This document shows positions 61,034 through 64,000 of a stretch of DNA of 64,000 nt, piece by piece. A program made the translations under genes and the position numbers. Below the pieces are notes generated by a model. It did not search any database. It saw only the letters and a program-made list of their open reading frames with translations, and was not told the origin of the DNA. Source of the stretch: Chara braunii (lineage: Eukaryota > Plantae > Charophyceae). Where the stretch lies: positions 6,407,841 through 6,471,840 of the forward strand of contig BFEA01000007.1 in the NCBI GenBank assembly GCA_003427395.1. Reading direction: 5' to 3'. The stretch's first letter is position 1. The number at the start of each line of letters is the position of its first letter.

Positions 61034-64000
61034 ACCTGACTACTTGGAACATGCGTGAACTAGGCGGTACTACAAAACGTCATAAGCGCGAGAGATTGAA
61101 AAACGTGGCTTCACCTAAAGAAATGCCACGTCGCCTGTCTCCAAGAAACGAAGCTTAGCGAAGATAAGATCATTGCGCTTGGCCACTAGTGGGATGGACC
61201 GCAAATTCGGTCCCCCGCCATGGGCTCTCGGGGTGGTACTGCTATCTTGATTCACCGCGATGCCGATGTAGAAATCATTGATCATTATGCTGATTTATGG
61301 GGAAAGTGGTTTTGGGTCAAATTTTGGAAAGATGATCTGGAATGGGTCATTGCTTTTATTTACGCTCCAGTTGATCAGGCGGAGCGTACACAATTCTTTG
61401 ACGAACTATTGTATGTAATACCGGGAGGAGACCGCCTTATTTTGGCAGCTGATTGGAATACGTCACTTGATGTAACATACTTTTCATTCACTGGTTCACA
61501 AGACAAGGATGCTTTGCTAAATATTATGGATGAACTAAATCTGATTGATCCATTTCGCCTTTCTCACCCAAATTTACCAGGATTGACTTGGTTTTCCAAC
61601 ATAGGTGAAAAGATGGGTAAAATGTACCGCAAACTTGACTACTTTTTAATATCATCCCAACTGTGGGAATCAGTGGTCATGGTGGAGGAGGCCCTACAGC
61701 CTCTCTCAGACCATAAACCCGTCAGCATATCCTTGACAACCTCATCTCATAAAAGGGGTAGGGGGTTATTCCACCTCCACACCCAAAATTTGGAAGACCC
61801 AGGCTTGGTAGACTGGATGAAACATTTTTGGATAAGCTGGGAGTCAACGAGATCTGAATTCCTATCTAGGGAACAGTGGTGGAACTCAGGATCTAAATTG
61901 TTTTTCAACCTATTAAGCGTTTTCTCTAGGATATTGGCCACAAAACGTGTGAAGAAGGAAGAGCGAATCAAGAAGAAAACCAGATACGTTGCACAACGAA
62001 TGACTGAACACTCGGTATCTAACCTAGTCTGGGGCAAAGAAAGATCTAAACTGATGTCAAATTGGGAGGATCTGCAAAGGAAGGACTCTAAAGTCTGGGT
62101 TGAACGCCTGATTGTGAAAGGAATAACGATTTATGATCTTATGACTAAGAAACGTTCCAAAAACTTATACCAAGACGGTCAACGGTTCCAATGAGAGAAT
62201 TGTCTCATCCATTCGATTCCTCAGAACCGAAAGTTAAAGAACTAACGCAGTTATGTAAATATGCAGCGCTCTACTACCAGGATATATTGACATCCCGACT
62301 ACGAGGAACGGATGTACTGGACAACTTGGATGAAGATTTTGACCATTGGAATAACACCCAAGTATGAATATCACTGGAAGTTCGTCTCGATCTTGACAGA
62401 CCCATTACAGGGGAGAAAACTCATGAAACACTAAAAGCAATGTCGAAAGGAAAAACATATGGGGATGATGACCTCCCAGTAGAACGGTACCTAGTTATTT
62501 GGTCTGAAGTGGGGGAGAGCCTGGTGGAGATATATAATGAAACACTGACAGGTGCCAACTTATCACAAAATATGCGCCATGGTGTTATTTCGGTGTTGTT
62601 AAAAAACGGAGATAGGGCAGAAATACGGATCTGGAGACCCATTTTGGTGTTGAATGTCCCCTATAAACTCCTTGCAAAAATTCTAGCCAGGAGATTGGCA
62701 AAATACCTCCCCTCATTGGTACAAGAAGACCAGGCAGGATTCGTCCAAGGTAGGTCGATATTTGATAACATAGTCACAAGTATCGAATCTCTTGAAATTA
62801 TCCATAGCGACTCCTTGGACGTGGTTGTCCTACTTCTGGATCTGGAAACAACATACAACCGTTTCAACTGGTCCTATGTGCTCACGACAATGAAAGTAAT
62901 GGGATTTGGGGCAAAATTTTGCAAGTGGATCGTAGTAATTTATTCACTATCAACAACATTGGTAATGATTAATGGACAGGAGTCCAAACCTTTTAATCTC
63001 ACCAGATCGTTCAGGCAGGGATGCCCCTTGGCACCCCTGTTGTTTGCAACACAAATGGAAGTGCTCCTTAACAACATCCGTGCACATGACCGTATCAAAG
63101 CATTACAAACGGGCATGTCACAATGCAAGGTCAAGGCCTTGGTTGACGACCTGTTTGCAATCTTAGAAAACTTTGTCGAATCACTAGGAGCTCTGAAAAT
63201 GGAATTGGATTCTTACCGCAAACGCTCTGAGGCATTTGTTAATGGGTACAAATCTGTATATCTCCTCCCCACTTCGTTTGCTCCCTCTTGTGAATGGGGC
63301 ATGAAGCGGATTGAAGAGGGTTAATCTGAACGTCTCTTGGGCGTCCAAATATCTCTACTCGATTGTGAAGGCGACCAGGACGATATACTTTTGCAGAAGT
63401 CTATGCACCGAATGGTCACATGGGGCAAAGCTCCACACCTTTCGTTATTCGGTCGTGCGTAGGTAATTAACAGTGTTTTTTTTGCCCTACTGTAGTTTGT
63501 TGGAAAAGTTAGGAAACTGGGTAAGCATATGTACTCCTTAACCAGGAGAAGAGTCGCTAAATTCGTTTGGAAACCGTATGCTACAGACGAAGAATTCTTC
63601 ATCTCCAAAGTCGCCTGGGAAATGTTATTTAACCCCAGGGACAAAAGAGGTCTCAGAATCCTTGATCCATTAAAACAGAACAGTGCTATGTTACTACGAT
63701 GGCTAACCCGGGCCTGCATGTCAAAGCCAGTTCCTCACTAGGTAGAAATGGCTGAATACATTCTAGCCTCATAGTGGAATTTGTCAAGACCCTAGGATGT
63801 ATGGCTATGCTTGATGCTCTTCTCGTTCCAGAAAAGACATGTAAAGTCTCCCTTCTAGCGAGTGATAATTACGGCCTGAGTAGACAACGATTTGATTAAA
63901 GTTGATAGCACAAGTTCTGGACGTAAGTGGATAGAGAAAGGTGTACTGCGAATTGAGGGCATTTGGGACCCTATCCTAAGTACATGGAGGAGAGAGTTAG
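61021..64000 (+). pseudogene. LINE ORF2 (APE endonuclease and RT); disrupted
   Basis: MSKLNLTTWN, CLQETK, GGTAILI, IYAP, AADWN, KLDYFL, SDHKPV; WRPILVLNVPYKLLAK, QAGFVQGR, RQGCPLAPLLF, LVDDL. Confidence 0.95.

Larger units (their letters stand above)
58130..64000 (+). mobile_element. Decayed L1-clade LINE with ORF1 and ORF2, running off the window end
   Basis: See the ORF1 and ORF2 features; 5' boundary approximate (three ~21-bp GGGAGG.CACTC repeats at 58129-58185). Confidence 0.93.

Overview
Eukaryotic, almost entirely transposon-derived window. The retroelement types and the GA/GT microsatellites resemble a streptophyte alga such as Chara; this is an inference and no database was searched. 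No conserved host gene is recognisable. The only long intact ORF outside the retroelements and satellites is a 562-aa Arg/Gly-rich ORF (1794-3482) flanked by plausible splice sites. The rest comprises two decayed L1-clade LINEs (12361-17560 minus; ~58130-end plus), one full-length but disrupted chromodomain Ty3/gypsy element (44924-55169, minus) nested in a solo LTR, three further gypsy fragments, several non-autonomous DNA transposons, four tandem-repeat arrays and assembly artefacts (N gaps, a Nextera junction adapter at 21849-21886, a probable false 1.6-kb duplication). Three observations stand out. (1) A repeated element has a 175-bp TG...CA terminal repeat followed, at the primer-site position, by an invariant 15-nt copy of the 5' end of tRNA-Ala instead of a normal PBS or PPT (18216-18230 and 26005-26019). 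(2) A DNA-transposon family has 8-bp TSDs and conserved but asymmetric ends, GAGAGA.GGTTAA...GTTAAC..CTTGTG (40410-40823 and 50045-51032). (3) A 54-bp satellite has 2 units in one copy of element (1) and about 60 in the other. Identities and copy numbers are by-eye estimates.
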